From: Lachnospiraceae bacterium
Lineage (GTDB): Bacteria; Bacillota; Clostridia; Lachnospirales; Lachnospiraceae
Assembly: GCA_017479285.1 (NCBI GenBank)
Contig: JAFVCL010000095.1
Location: 8,860 to 72,859 of the forward strand
Length of the DNA stretch: 64,000 nucleotides
Direction of reading: 5' to 3'
Each line of letters begins with the position of its first letter. Position 1 is the stretch's first letter. Shown here piece after piece: positions 55,508 to 64,000 of this stretch. The notes beneath the pieces are model-generated. The model did not search any database, was not told the DNA's origin, and was given only the letters and a program-made list of their open reading frames with translations. A program made the position numbers and the translations under genes.

Positions 55508-58117
55508 ATGAGTAAAGAGAAAAAGAAGAAGAGTGAAGCTCAGGTCGAAAGAATAAAAGCCTTTCAGGACACTCTTAAGAGTTTAATATTTCCGGTTGTA
55601 CTGGTTGCAGTTATCGGAATCGGTGTATATCTTATCATACATTTTGTCAATGTGCCTTTGGAAACCGAACCCGTGCAGCCCTACGGATATGCCGGGGGAG
55701 AGGATCCTATCGTAAAGGAAACCGATGAGCTTATCTTTACGATGGATCCCCTTACCACATATTTTACGGTTAAACAAAAGTCGACCGGAAAGGAATGGGC
55801 GTCATACATTAAAGATGCGGCAAGCGATTCTATAGCTTTTTCAAACGAAAAGGGTCGTATGCAGTCCAATGTAATTCTTTCATACGGCATCACGACTGGA
55901 CTTGAGACTGTATATGACAGCAAATCCTTCAGCATTGACAAAGGGATTTATGAAATAGAGGAGCTTGATGATGGTGTAATACTTCATTACTCATTGGGTA
56001 ATGTGGAGAGAGAATACATTATACCGAAGGTCATAAGGGCTACGGATTTCGATGATTACAGGTCGAAGATGAGCGACAGTGATGCTTCAACGATCAAGGA
56101 TTTCTATAAACTTTACAATATAAACAAGCTTTCCAAAAAAGATAATAAGGAAGAGCTGCTTGCTGCGTATCCTATACTTGCCGAGGAACCCATCTATGTC
56201 CTCAGAGATAACGCAAACGAAAGCCGTAAGCAGCGTTTCGAAGAAGCCTTTGAAGGAGCGGGATACACCTATGATGATTATCTCGCCGACAAGGAGCTTG
56301 ACATGTCCGAAAGCACGAGCGACAATCCGGTATTCAATCTGGATATGATCATAAGGCTTTCCGGAAATGAGATGGTTGTTGAAATCCCGTTTAATTCAAT
56401 AGAATACGATCCCGACACACCCGTTTACACCGTAACACCTCTTCCCTACTTCGGAGCGGGCGGAAAAGAGGATGAAGGCTTCATGCTTGTGCCGGAAGGC
56501 GGCGGAGCTGTGATCAACTACAATAACGGAAAGGTTTCCCAGGCAGATTATTACGCAAATCTTTACGGCTGGGATATGGACCTTAGAAGAGAATATGTGA
56601 TCCATAACACAAGAGCTTACTTTAATGCCTTTGGTCAGTCCTGTGACGATAGCTCATATATCTGTATCATGGAGGACGGTTCCTCGTATGGCGCGGTTAT
56701 GGCAACGGTAGGCGGGAAAGTGAACGAATACAACTTTACTTCCGCTAAGTACAGCTTGTGCCAGAGAGAGCAGTTTGATATAAGTGAGATCGCGGGCTCG
56801 GATGTTTATGCTTACCTCGAGGGGCTTCCTCAAGACGAGAGTATAGTTCAAAGATACCGCTTTATAGCTAAAGGTGATTATGTCGATATGGCTTATGCCT
56901 ACAGAGATTACCTTGAGACGGAATACGGTCAGTACATGAGCCTTAATGATTATGATCAGGCTCCCGTTACCGTGGAGATCGTCGGAGCTATAGATAAAAA
57001 GCAGCAGGTTCTCGGTGTTCCTGTTACAAGACCTCTAAAACTCACCAGCTACCGCGAAGCGGCAGAAATGATAAGAGATCTTGATAACGAAGGACTCGGC
57101 AATCTTTCCGTTAAGTTCACGGGCTGGTGCAATGGAGGAGTAAGCCAGAAGCTGTTAAAGAAGATCAACCTCATCGGAGCGCTTGGATCAAAAAAAGATT
57201 TTGTATATCTTAACGATACCGCGAAGGAGGTCGGAGTAGATCTTTACCTTGACGGTATAACCCAATATGAGCACAGAAGTAACATATTCAACGGTTTTTT
57301 CTCTTACAGAGATGCTGCCAGACTTTTAACCAAGGAGAGAGCTGAACTGTTTGAATTCAGCCATGTTACCTATAAGGCAAGGGAAGGATTTAAGAGTTAT
57401 TATCTCCTTCATACACCTCTTGCTATGAAGATGGCCAACAATCTTGTCGATTATTCTGTGAAATACGGTGCCGGAGTTTCCTTTCAGGATATCGGTATGG
57501 ATATATCATCGGATTTCTACAAGAAAGCTACCTACAGCAGAGAAGCGGTTAAGACTCTTAACACTGATCTTCTAAAGAGCCTTGATGACAGAGGTGCAAA
57601 GCTGATGATCAATATGGGTAATGATTATGCGGTTCCCTATGCAGATGTTGTTACCAATATGGATCTTAAGGGAAGCGGGTACACCATTATCGACGAGGAA
57701 GTACCTTTTTATCAGATAGCTGTTCACGGTTATATCAATTATACGGGTGAACCTGTGAATATCTGCGGAAATGATGAGGAGGAGCTTTTAAAGAGCGCAG
57801 AGTACGGTGCGGGTCTTAACTTCACACTTATGAGCGAGAGCTCCTTTGCTCTCCAGAAGACGCTATATCCCGAGTATTACGGCGCTGAATACGCTTCATG
57901 GAAGAGCCGGATGGTTGATATGTGTACCAGATACAATGAAGAGCTGGGACATACATTCAATCAGGAAATGACGGATCATGAGGTTCTTTCGGATTATGTA
58001 AGATGTACTACTTACGCCGACGGCACCAAGGTTTATGTTAATTACAGTTATGCAGAGGATTTCACAGCTCCCGACGGAACGGTTGTACCCACAAGAGATT
58101 ATATCGTAGTACGATAA
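55508..58117 (+). CDS. Large membrane-anchored extracellular protein, DUF5696-like
   Basis: N-terminal TM; LPYFGA, GFMLVPEGGGAVI, YGWD, LTSY, GWCNGG, NDYAVPYAD, VPFYQIAVHGYINY and TTYADGTKVYVNY. Family assigned from recall of this motif series. Confidence 0.72.
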   Translation: MSKEKKKKSEAQVERIKAFQDTLKSLIFPVVLVAVIGIGVYLIIHFVNVPLETEPVQPYGYAGGEDPIVKETDELIFTMDPLTTYFTVKQKSTGKEWASYIKDAASDSIAFSNEKGRMQSNVILSYGITTGLETVYDSKSFSIDKGIYEIEELDDGVILHYSLGNVEREYIIPKVIRATDFDDYRSKMSDSDASTIKDFYKLYNINKLSKKDNKEELLAAYPILAEEPIYVLRDNANESRKQRFEEAFEGAGYTYDDYLADKELDMSESTSDNPVFNLDMIIRLSGNEMVVEIPFNSIEYDPDTPVYTVTPLPYFGAGGKEDEGFMLVPEGGGAVINYNNGKVSQADYYANLYGWDMDLRREYVIHNTRAYFNAFGQSCDDSSYICIMEDGSSYGAVMATVGGKVNEYNFTSAKYSLCQREQFDISEIAGSDVYAYLEGLPQDESIVQRYRFIAKGDYVDMAYAYRDYLETEYGQYMSLNDYDQAPVTVEIVGAIDKKQQVLGVPVTRPLKLTSYREAAEMIRDLDNEGLGNLSVKFTGWCNGGVSQKLLKKINLIGALGSKKDFVYLNDTAKEVGVDLYLDGITQYEHRSNIFNGFFSYRDAARLLTKERAELFEFSHVTYKAREGFKSYYLLHTPLAMKMANNLVDYSVKYGAGVSFQDIGMDISSDFYKKATYSREAVKTLNTDLLKSLDDRGAKLMINMGNDYAVPYADVVTNMDLKGSGYTIIDEEVPFYQIAVHGYINYTGEPVNICGNDEEELLKSAEYGAGLNFTLMSESSFALQKTLYPEYYGAEYASWKSRMVDMCTRYNEELGHTFNQEMTDHEVLSDYVRCTTYADGTKVYVNYSYAEDFTAPDGTVVPTRDYIVVR

Positions 58118-58139
58118 ATATTCTAAAGAGGCAGATCAA

Positions 58140-59051
58140 ATGAAAACAAAAGCAAAAAAGAAAGTTGCCGGACTTGAAAAGAGAAAAGCGATATCGGGAT
58201 ATATTTTTATATCACCGTTTATCATAGGTTTTCTCGTATTCATGGTTAAACCTTTTTTCCAGTCTCTCTATATGAGTTTCTGTAATGTGGAGCTGGGGGC
58301 CGGACAGTTTAACATGGTATGGAACGGTATCGAACAGTATAAATATGCGTTCAGAGTCGATCCGGAGTATGTCAGACTTCTTACGGAGGAACTCCTCAGG
58401 ATGGTGATATATTCGCTTGCCATCATAGTTTTCAGTTTCTTCATATCGCTTATACTGAATCAGAAGTTCCACGGAAGAGCGCTTGTAAGAGCAATATTCT
58501 TCCTTCCGGTTATTCTTTCATCCGGTGTTATGCTTGGCCTTGAATCGAATAACCAGCTTATCGCAATGTTGCAGCAGCAGGTTGAGGATGTCACTACCAC
58601 GGTAAGTATTACGGACGGACTTGAGACTATACTCAGAACTGCCGGGGTCGGTGTCAGGGCGTTTGAGAAGGTATTCGAGGTCATAGACAATATATATGAT
58701 GTTGCACTTGCCTCAGGTATTCAGATAGTCATTTTCCTCTCCGGACTTCAGACGATTCCGAAGAGTATGTACGAGGCGGCTGACATAGAGGGCTGTACTG
58801 CGTGGGAGAGTCTGTGGAAGATCACATTCCCGTCCATCAGTTCGCTTTTCCTTGTAAACTGGGTATACACTGTTGTTGATTTCTGTATGAGATCCGACAA
58901 TGAGGTAATCGAGAAAATACAGAATATGATGATCGCTCAGCAGAATTATGGTGCGGCTTCGGCGATGACATGGACTTATTTTGTAATAGTAATAGCCTTT
59001 GTAGGTATTACATCACTGTTGATTTCAAAGGGGGTATACTACAATGACTAA
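58140..59051 (+). CDS. Carbohydrate ABC transporter permease (MalF-like)
   Basis: GYIFISPFIIGF, RAIFFLPVI and GLQTIPKSMYEAADIEG motifs. Confidence 0.92.
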   Translation: MKTKAKKKVAGLEKRKAISGYIFISPFIIGFLVFMVKPFFQSLYMSFCNVELGAGQFNMVWNGIEQYKYAFRVDPEYVRLLTEELLRMVIYSLAIIVFSFFISLILNQKFHGRALVRAIFFLPVILSSGVMLGLESNNQLIAMLQQQVEDVTTTVSITDGLETILRTAGVGVRAFEKVFEVIDNIYDVALASGIQIVIFLSGLQTIPKSMYEAADIEGCTAWESLWKITFPSISSLFLVNWVYTVVDFCMRSDNEVIEKIQNMMIAQQNYGAASAMTWTYFVIVIAFVGITSLLISKGVYYND

Positions 59052-60045
59052 AAACAAGGTACAGAAGGAGAGCTTCTGGGAAAGAAACAGGAAGTCTGAA
59101 GGATACCTTCTTAAAAAGAAGGCTTCGTCAGTGTTTGTCAGCATTGCAAGATTTATTCTTCTCTTCGGACTTTGCTTTTTGATACTTCAGCCTCTTCTCA
59201 ACAAGATATCTGTCAGCTTTATGACAGAGGAGGATCTGTACAACCCTATAGTTGTTTCGATACCGTTGCATTTTACGACGGAGAATTACGAGATCGCGGC
59301 AGAGATAATGAATTATGGAAAAGGACTGATAAACTCCTTTGTGATCTCCGTTACGATATCGATCCTGCAGATAGCTGTATGTACCCTTGTAGGCTACGGA
59401 TTTGCAAGATTTAAGTTTCAGCTTAAGAAATTCTGGTTTGCGATGGTAATGCTGGTTATCATTATTCCTCCCCAGGTTATATCGAATGCCCTTTATCTGC
59501 ATTTCAGATTCTTTGATATTTTTGGAATTATAAAGCTGATTAACGGCGGAAACACCATAAACCTGAGAGGCTCAGCCATTCCGTATTATCTTATGAGTGC
59601 CGGTTGTATGGGACTTAAGAATGGTCTGTATATTTACATGATAAGACAGTTCTTTAGAAATATCCCGGTGGATATGGAAGAGGCTGCTTATGTTGACGGC
59701 TGCGGAGTTGTAAGGACATTCTTTAGGATCATGCTTCCCGAGGCTAAGCCTATAATAACATCCTGCTTCCTGTTTGCATTTGTATGGCAGTGGACCGATG
59801 GTTTTTATTCAAAGCTTTTCCTCTCCGGCGTTACTCTGGTAAGCAGGAGCATTGCAAATATCGTTGATGGTCTGGCTGCGTACATGATGAGGATTCTCGG
59901 TACAATGGCGACGGTATCCATAGCGAGGTCCAATTGTATCCTTTCAACAGGTACTCTTATGGTCGTCGGTCCCGTAATACTGCTTTATCTCTTTGCACAA
60001 AGACAGTTTGTTGAGAGCATCAGTTCATCCGGAATCAAAATGTAA
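59044..60045 (+). CDS. Carbohydrate ABC transporter permease (MalG-like)
   Basis: GYGFARF, RQFFRNIPVDMEEAAYVDG, FVWQW and QRQFVESI motifs. Confidence 0.92.
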   Translation: MTKNKVQKESFWERNRKSEGYLLKKKASSVFVSIARFILLFGLCFLILQPLLNKISVSFMTEEDLYNPIVVSIPLHFTTENYEIAAEIMNYGKGLINSFVISVTISILQIAVCTLVGYGFARFKFQLKKFWFAMVMLVIIIPPQVISNALYLHFRFFDIFGIIKLINGGNTINLRGSAIPYYLMSAGCMGLKNGLYIYMIRQFFRNIPVDMEEAAYVDGCGVVRTFFRIMLPEAKPIITSCFLFAFVWQWTDGFYSKLFLSGVTLVSRSIANIVDGLAAYMMRILGTMATVSIARSNCILSTGTLMVVGPVILLYLFAQRQFVESISSSGIKM

Positions 60046-60049
60046 ATCA

Positions 60050-60093
60050 GAACAGATTTTGAACAAATTTTGAACAAATTTTGAACAAAAACT
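60050..60093 (+). repeat. Four tandem 11-bp direct repeats (GAACAAATTTT) immediately upstream of a promoter
   Basis: GAACAGATTTT GAACAAATTTT GAACAAATTTT GAACAAAAACT. Confidence 0.9.
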
Positions 60094-60094
60094 A

Positions 60095-60123
60095 TTGTGC
60101 TTTCAATTTAAGTGTGTTATATT
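60095..60123 (+). promoter_or_regulatory. Internal sigma-A-type promoter for the SBP lipoprotein gene
   Basis: TTGTGC (60095), 17 bp spacer, TATATT (60118) with extended TG at 60115-16. Confidence 0.6.
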
Positions 60124-60205
60124 AATCATGGTATCTTGCTTCATGGGACTCCCGGAAAAGTCCCAGGAAGTAGAATATATATTCTATATGGAGGGTAAAT
60201 ATAGT

Positions 60206-61723
60206 ATGAGAAAGAAAATGACCTCAAAGGTTATGTCCATTGCTCTTACTGCAGCGATGGCATTGAGTCTTGCAGCATGTTCAAGCGGAAATGATACTTC
60301 AAATACTCCCGCACCTGCTGACACCACCGGTTCTTCGGATACCGCAACCGAGACTGCTCCGGCAGATACAACAACCGAGCCTGTAGCAGACGCTACCGAG
60401 CCTGTGGAAGAAGTAGAGCCTTACACCGTTTACACTGATGCCGATGGTAACCCCATTGATCTTGGGGGAATGGAGATCGTAGTTCGTGACTGGTGGACTG
60501 ATCCTGAAGGAGACAGTTACTTCAGAAACAATCCTCAGAACGAATATGAGGAGGCTCGTGCAGAGTATGTTGACTGGGTTGAGGAGAAGTACAACTTCAA
60601 GCTTGTTCAGAAAGCAATTTCTGACTGGGGCAGCACTCCTGCAGATTTCGTTGATGATGTAACCTCAGGAGGAGACGGAACAAACTATGTTTGGATCGTT
60701 CGTGACTCACAGGAGATCGCTCAGGCTATGGCAACAGGTCTTATGTATGACCTTTCAAAGCTTGACTGCCTTGATTTCTCCGAGGAGTTCTTCACTGCAA
60801 ACAAGGTTCATGAGCAGTATACCTACAAGGGAGGTATTTATGCTATGTACGGCGGTCTTTCCGAGCCCCGTGGAGGATTTTATATCAACAAGCAGATCCT
60901 TGCTGATGCCAATGTAGATATCAATGACATCTATGATGCTCAGAAGAATGGAACCTGGACATGGGATATGTTCCTTGACATTCTTTCACAGGTACAGAAG
61001 GACACCGACAACGACGGTACAAATGATATCTGGGGCGTTACCGGTAACACCGGTGGATGGGGCCAGATGTTCGCTGTATCAAACGGCGGTGAGTGGGTAG
61101 GAAACAGCGCAGATGGCTACACCTACAGACTTGAGGATCCTGAGACTATCGAAGGTATGGACTTTGCTTTAAAGCTCCTTAACGAGTATTATATGCCCAG
61201 ACCTGAGGGAGCAAACTGGGATTACTACAAGGAGGAGTTCCTCAATGGTACAGTTGCTTTCTGTGAGGATGGCGGTATGTACGCAGGACGTTCTGACGGA
61301 GAGCTTGCTTCCGCTCAGTTCCCTGTTGGGTATGTTATGATACCTGCCGGACCTTCCGGAAGCCTTGTAAATATTGCATCCAACAACCCTGTTGTTCTTC
61401 CTTCTTATTATGATGATGAAACAGCATGGAAGGTTGCTTTTGCATGGTATGTATGGAACCAGGCTCCTGCAGGATATGAGGATTACAATCCTTTCGTAGG
61501 ACAGGCTCGTACCGGTATCTTTGATGAGAGAGCATGTGACGAGACTATTCCTATGATGTCTGAGCCTGAGCATGTTGTTATCACCTACTCCGGAATGATC
61601 CCCGGAATCTCGGGTGCTGCGGACATGGGATGGTTCCCTTATCCCGGCGGAGATACTTCTGCTGCAATCGAGATGTGTGCTGAGTCCTGGAAGACCTTCA
61701 TCGACACAGCTAACGGCAAGTAA
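60206..61723 (+). CDS. Sugar ABC transporter substrate-binding lipoprotein
   Basis: Lipobox LAAC, Thr/Pro/Ala/Glu linker, DLGGMEI and GTWTWDMF motifs. GGAGGG RBS. Confidence 0.88.
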   Translation: MRKKMTSKVMSIALTAAMALSLAACSSGNDTSNTPAPADTTGSSDTATETAPADTTTEPVADATEPVEEVEPYTVYTDADGNPIDLGGMEIVVRDWWTDPEGDSYFRNNPQNEYEEARAEYVDWVEEKYNFKLVQKAISDWGSTPADFVDDVTSGGDGTNYVWIVRDSQEIAQAMATGLMYDLSKLDCLDFSEEFFTANKVHEQYTYKGGIYAMYGGLSEPRGGFYINKQILADANVDINDIYDAQKNGTWTWDMFLDILSQVQKDTDNDGTNDIWGVTGNTGGWGQMFAVSNGGEWVGNSADGYTYRLEDPETIEGMDFALKLLNEYYMPRPEGANWDYYKEEFLNGTVAFCEDGGMYAGRSDGELASAQFPVGYVMIPAGPSGSLVNIASNNPVVLPSYYDDETAWKVAFAWYVWNQAPAGYEDYNPFVGQARTGIFDERACDETIPMMSEPEHVVITYSGMIPGISGAADMGWFPYPGGDTSAAIEMCAESWKTFIDTANGK

Positions 61724-61758
61724 TTAGAAGCAGAAGACTGTAGATAGTATTAAATAAT

Positions 61759-61796
61759 AAAAAGAGGCTGTATTTTCCGGTGCAGTCTCTTTTTTT
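61759..61796 (+). terminator. Rho-independent terminator (possibly bidirectional)
   Basis: AAAAAGAGGCTGTA-ttttccgg-TGCAGTCTCTTTTTTT. Confidence 0.85.
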
Positions 61797-61867
61797 GCGC
61801 AAAATTTGGGCAGATTTTAGCTAAATAGATATCTAATTGATAGTAAACATGGGGATTTACAATTAAA

Positions 61868-62995
61868 ATGTTGACTATGATGAAGAATATACAAAACAGA
61901 AATCGAATATTTTTTGCAGGTATTTTATTTGCCAATGCTGTTCTTCTTGGCTCGACCGGATGTACCTATAACAGGGATGAGGAACCAATGGTTATCCTTG
62001 ACAGCGGAGACGACTCCTACACGGAGTACAGCTTTGTCCAGGTTGACAGAGGGGATGTCAGAGTGACGGATTCTGTGAAATGCGTATACCGGAAAAATGA
62101 CGAGCAGGAGGTTTTCTTCCCTGTCAGCGGAAAGGTTATTACCAAGGTGTATGTTGAACAGGGGGATGCTGTAAAGAAGGGCGATGTTTTAGCTGAAATA
62201 TCGGTGGGAACATTGCAGGCTGAAATCAAGGCGCTGGAGTACCGCATCGCCAGAAACGAGCTGCTCCTCGGATATTTGGACGAAGAGGAACAACTGGATA
62301 TGCAGGGGTTTTATCTTAATTATCTGTATGGTTCCGGACAGTCGGACAAGGATAAGGAGAACCTTGAAAAAAATCTCGACAATTTATATGACGGGAATGA
62401 CTCAAGGCGCCGTGGTTACGACGATGATCTTGAGTTTGACAGACGAAAGCTGTCTGCACTGAGAAAAGAATACGCCAGTAGCCGGGTTTATGCCCAATTT
62501 GACGGAAAGGTCAGCTCTGTGGAAGAAGGTCTTGAGGGATCGACATCCAATGTTGAAAAGTCAATAATGACGATCGTTGATAACTCGGAGGGCTATTTCG
62601 AAACAGAGGATGCTGATCATATAAAATACTTTAACGAGGGAGAAATCGTCCAGATGAAGGTATCGGTAGGGAACGGAAAGGGAAACTACGAACTTTTGCC
62701 CCTTGATATGGAGGAATGGGGTGAGACCCAGAAATTCTCTATCTTTTCGGGTGATGACACCGAAAACCTTGAGGTCGGGACCCAGGGAAGCGTTACAGTA
62801 GTGCTGGAAAAGCATACCGGTGTTCTACGACTCCCCTCATCCTGTGTTCATTCCGCAGGGGATGCAAGTTATGTATATGTCGAGAATGCAGAGGGACTAA
62901 GGGAGGTTGTCTGGATAGAGACCGGGATTTCCGGGGAAGGTATGACGGAGATACTTAGCGGACTTAATGAAGGGGATAGTGTGATAAAACGCTGA
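61868..62995 (+). CDS. Membrane fusion protein (efflux/ABC adaptor, HlyD/MacA-like), probable lipoprotein
   Basis: Lipobox-like STGC, lipoyl half-motifs SGKVITKVYVEQGDAVKKGDVLA and VYAQFDGKV, coiled coil, and C-terminal TEILSGLNEGDSV. Confidence 0.85.
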   Translation: MLTMMKNIQNRNRIFFAGILFANAVLLGSTGCTYNRDEEPMVILDSGDDSYTEYSFVQVDRGDVRVTDSVKCVYRKNDEQEVFFPVSGKVITKVYVEQGDAVKKGDVLAEISVGTLQAEIKALEYRIARNELLLGYLDEEEQLDMQGFYLNYLYGSGQSDKDKENLEKNLDNLYDGNDSRRRGYDDDLEFDRRKLSALRKEYASSRVYAQFDGKVSSVEEGLEGSTSNVEKSIMTIVDNSEGYFETEDADHIKYFNEGEIVQMKVSVGNGKGNYELLPLDMEEWGETQKFSIFSGDDTENLEVGTQGSVTVVLEKHTGVLRLPSSCVHSAGDASYVYVENAEGLREVVWIETGISGEGMTEILSGLNEGDSVIKR

Positions 62996-64000
62996 TGAAA
63001 AAACGATCGATTATTAAAAATCTTATATCAGGATTTCTTATGGTGGCAATGCTTCTTGGAGGGGTGCTTGTTACAGGTTGCACGACGGCTTATGATGACG
63101 GGAGGGGGGATGATATTTCCCTCCTTGATCCGGTAAGTGTGGCGGCTCCGTACGCGACTGTTGCCAGAAGGGATATTTATGTTTCGGAGGTCATCTCGGC
63201 TATCTGTTGTCCGGAAGTAACCGAGATACCCTTTGAGAGTGATATACACTTCAGGTCATACTTAAAAATGCCCGGGGAAAAAGTCTCTGTCGGAGATGCG
63301 CTGATAAGCGGTGATACATCATACTTTGACAACCAGATAGAAAACCTTGTGGAATCCATCGCCGATATGGAAGAGCAGTATTCCGACAGTGTTGAACAAT
63401 TAAGTGATGCTCTTTCAAAAGCAAAGAGGGATTACGAGGACAAGGCTGCTATTGTAGAGAGACTTGAGGAGAGCAGACCGGAAGAAGACTCCGAGGACTA
63501 TGAAGGCTGGCAAAAGGAATACAATAACTGGGACGGTCAGAGCAGATATGCATATATTGCATATCAGCGTGCGGAACTTGCCCTGAAGGAGAGACAGGAG
63601 CTCTATAAGCTGGATCATGATTATCAGCTGTTTAAGCTTTCGGATGTACGCAGACAAAAGGGAGAAATGCAGCTGCTTGCTCCGGAAGACGGAACGGTTG
63701 TGTCATTTAAATATTACAACTATGATGATTACATTGGTAAGAATAGTCTCGGAATGGCTGTCTCCGCTATGGATACCAAGGTTTTAAAGTGTGCCTATGT
63801 TAACGCGGGAGTTATTAACAAGGCCGAGGATGTTTACGCGATCGTAAACGGTGTGAGATACGAGGTCTCCTACAGACCGATGGATTCAGATGAGTATAAA
63901 AGACTTTCCGAAAAAAACGGCACTGTTTACAGCACATTTGATATAGCGGATCCCGATGGAAAGATCGGATTCGGCGATTACGCGGTCATAGTCATAATCA
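62995..64000 (+). CDS. Second membrane fusion protein-like lipoprotein, 3'-truncated by the window edge (absent from the ORF track)
   Basis: ATG 62995 overlaps the previous TGA. Reads MKKRSIIKNLISGFLMVAMLLGGVLVTGC..., then PGEKVSVGDALI, a long coiled coil and LLAPEDGTVV. The frame stays open to 64000. Confidence 0.8.
   Translation, partial: MKKRSIIKNLISGFLMVAMLLGGVLVTGCTTAYDDGRGDDISLLDPVSVAAPYATVARRDIYVSEVISAICCPEVTEIPFESDIHFRSYLKMPGEKVSVGDALISGDTSYFDNQIENLVESIADMEEQYSDSVEQLSDALSKAKRDYEDKAAIVERLEESRPEEDSEDYEGWQKEYNNWDGQSRYAYIAYQRAELALKERQELYKLDHDYQLFKLSDVRRQKGEMQLLAPEDGTVVSFKYYNYDDYIGKNSLGMAVSAMDTKVLKCAYVNAGVINKAEDVYAIVNGVRYEVSYRPMDSDEYKRLSEKNGTVYSTFDIADPDGKIGFGDYAVIVII

Noticed and set aside
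60050-60093. Tandem repeat considered as a CRISPR array or iteron origin
   Set aside because: The 11-bp units have no spacers, and there are no cas or rep genes nearby. The position fits a promoter operator.
61797-61863. Possible fourth copy of the AraC-type motif (GCGCAAaattTGGGCAG) before the MFP genes
   Set aside because: The second half-site is poor and the spacing to the candidate -10 (61 bp) differs from the other three, so it is too weak to call.
693-63657. Many 60-300 aa minus-strand and alternate-frame ORFs (for example 4165..4971, 25887..26732, 35375..36262, 43215..44036)
   Set aside because: They lie over well-supported genes and have shadow-ORF composition with no domains.
1-64000. 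tRNA, rRNA, riboswitches, IS elements, prophage and defence systems
   Set aside because: Intergenic gaps are short (230 bp or less). I recognised no cloverleaf, known riboswitch core, transposase, integrase or nuclease motifs. A covariance-model scan was not possible.

Overview
A 64 kb chromosomal window from a Clostridia-type Firmicute, most likely a fibre-degrading Lachnospiraceae (inferred from gene order and protein style). Every supported gene is on the + strand except one AraC regulator. (1) 1-12.4 kb is the housekeeping block murE-priA-def-fmt-rsmB-rlmN-PP2C-PASTA kinase-rsgA. (2) 12.6-25.6 kb holds a uracil/xanthine permease, carB without carA, a domain-permuted GH3 broken by one in-frame TGA, a diguanylate cyclase, uxuAB and an orphan. 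(3) 25.6-41.1 kb holds an EF-G paralog with altered GTPase motifs, a GH2 and a tightly packed signalling run: GGDEF(degenerate)-EAL, a CBM2-like/HD-GYP protein with HD changed to HN, a 1379-aa hybrid sensor that has lost all three phosphoacceptors and its ATPase domain, a Zn-ribbon membrane protein and an SPFH gene broken by one in-frame TAG. (4) 41.2-64 kb is a xylan utilisation locus: GH8, SGNH esterase, GH43, AraC, a GH10 lipoprotein, then a nine-gene uptake cassette (giant CBM-like/SBP fusion, 2 permeases, NHL/TPR protein, Yip1, DUF5696-like protein, 2 permeases, SBP lipoprotein, no ATPase) and two membrane-fusion-protein genes running off the end. The best candidates for undescribed biology are the NHL-Yip1-DUF5696 double-permease cassette, the phosphorylation-dead sensor with its c-di-GMP neighbours, and a 21-bp-period promoter motif shared by three loci. 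I saw no rRNA, tRNA, CRISPR array or mobile element. All family assignments come from reading motifs by eye, not from database searches.
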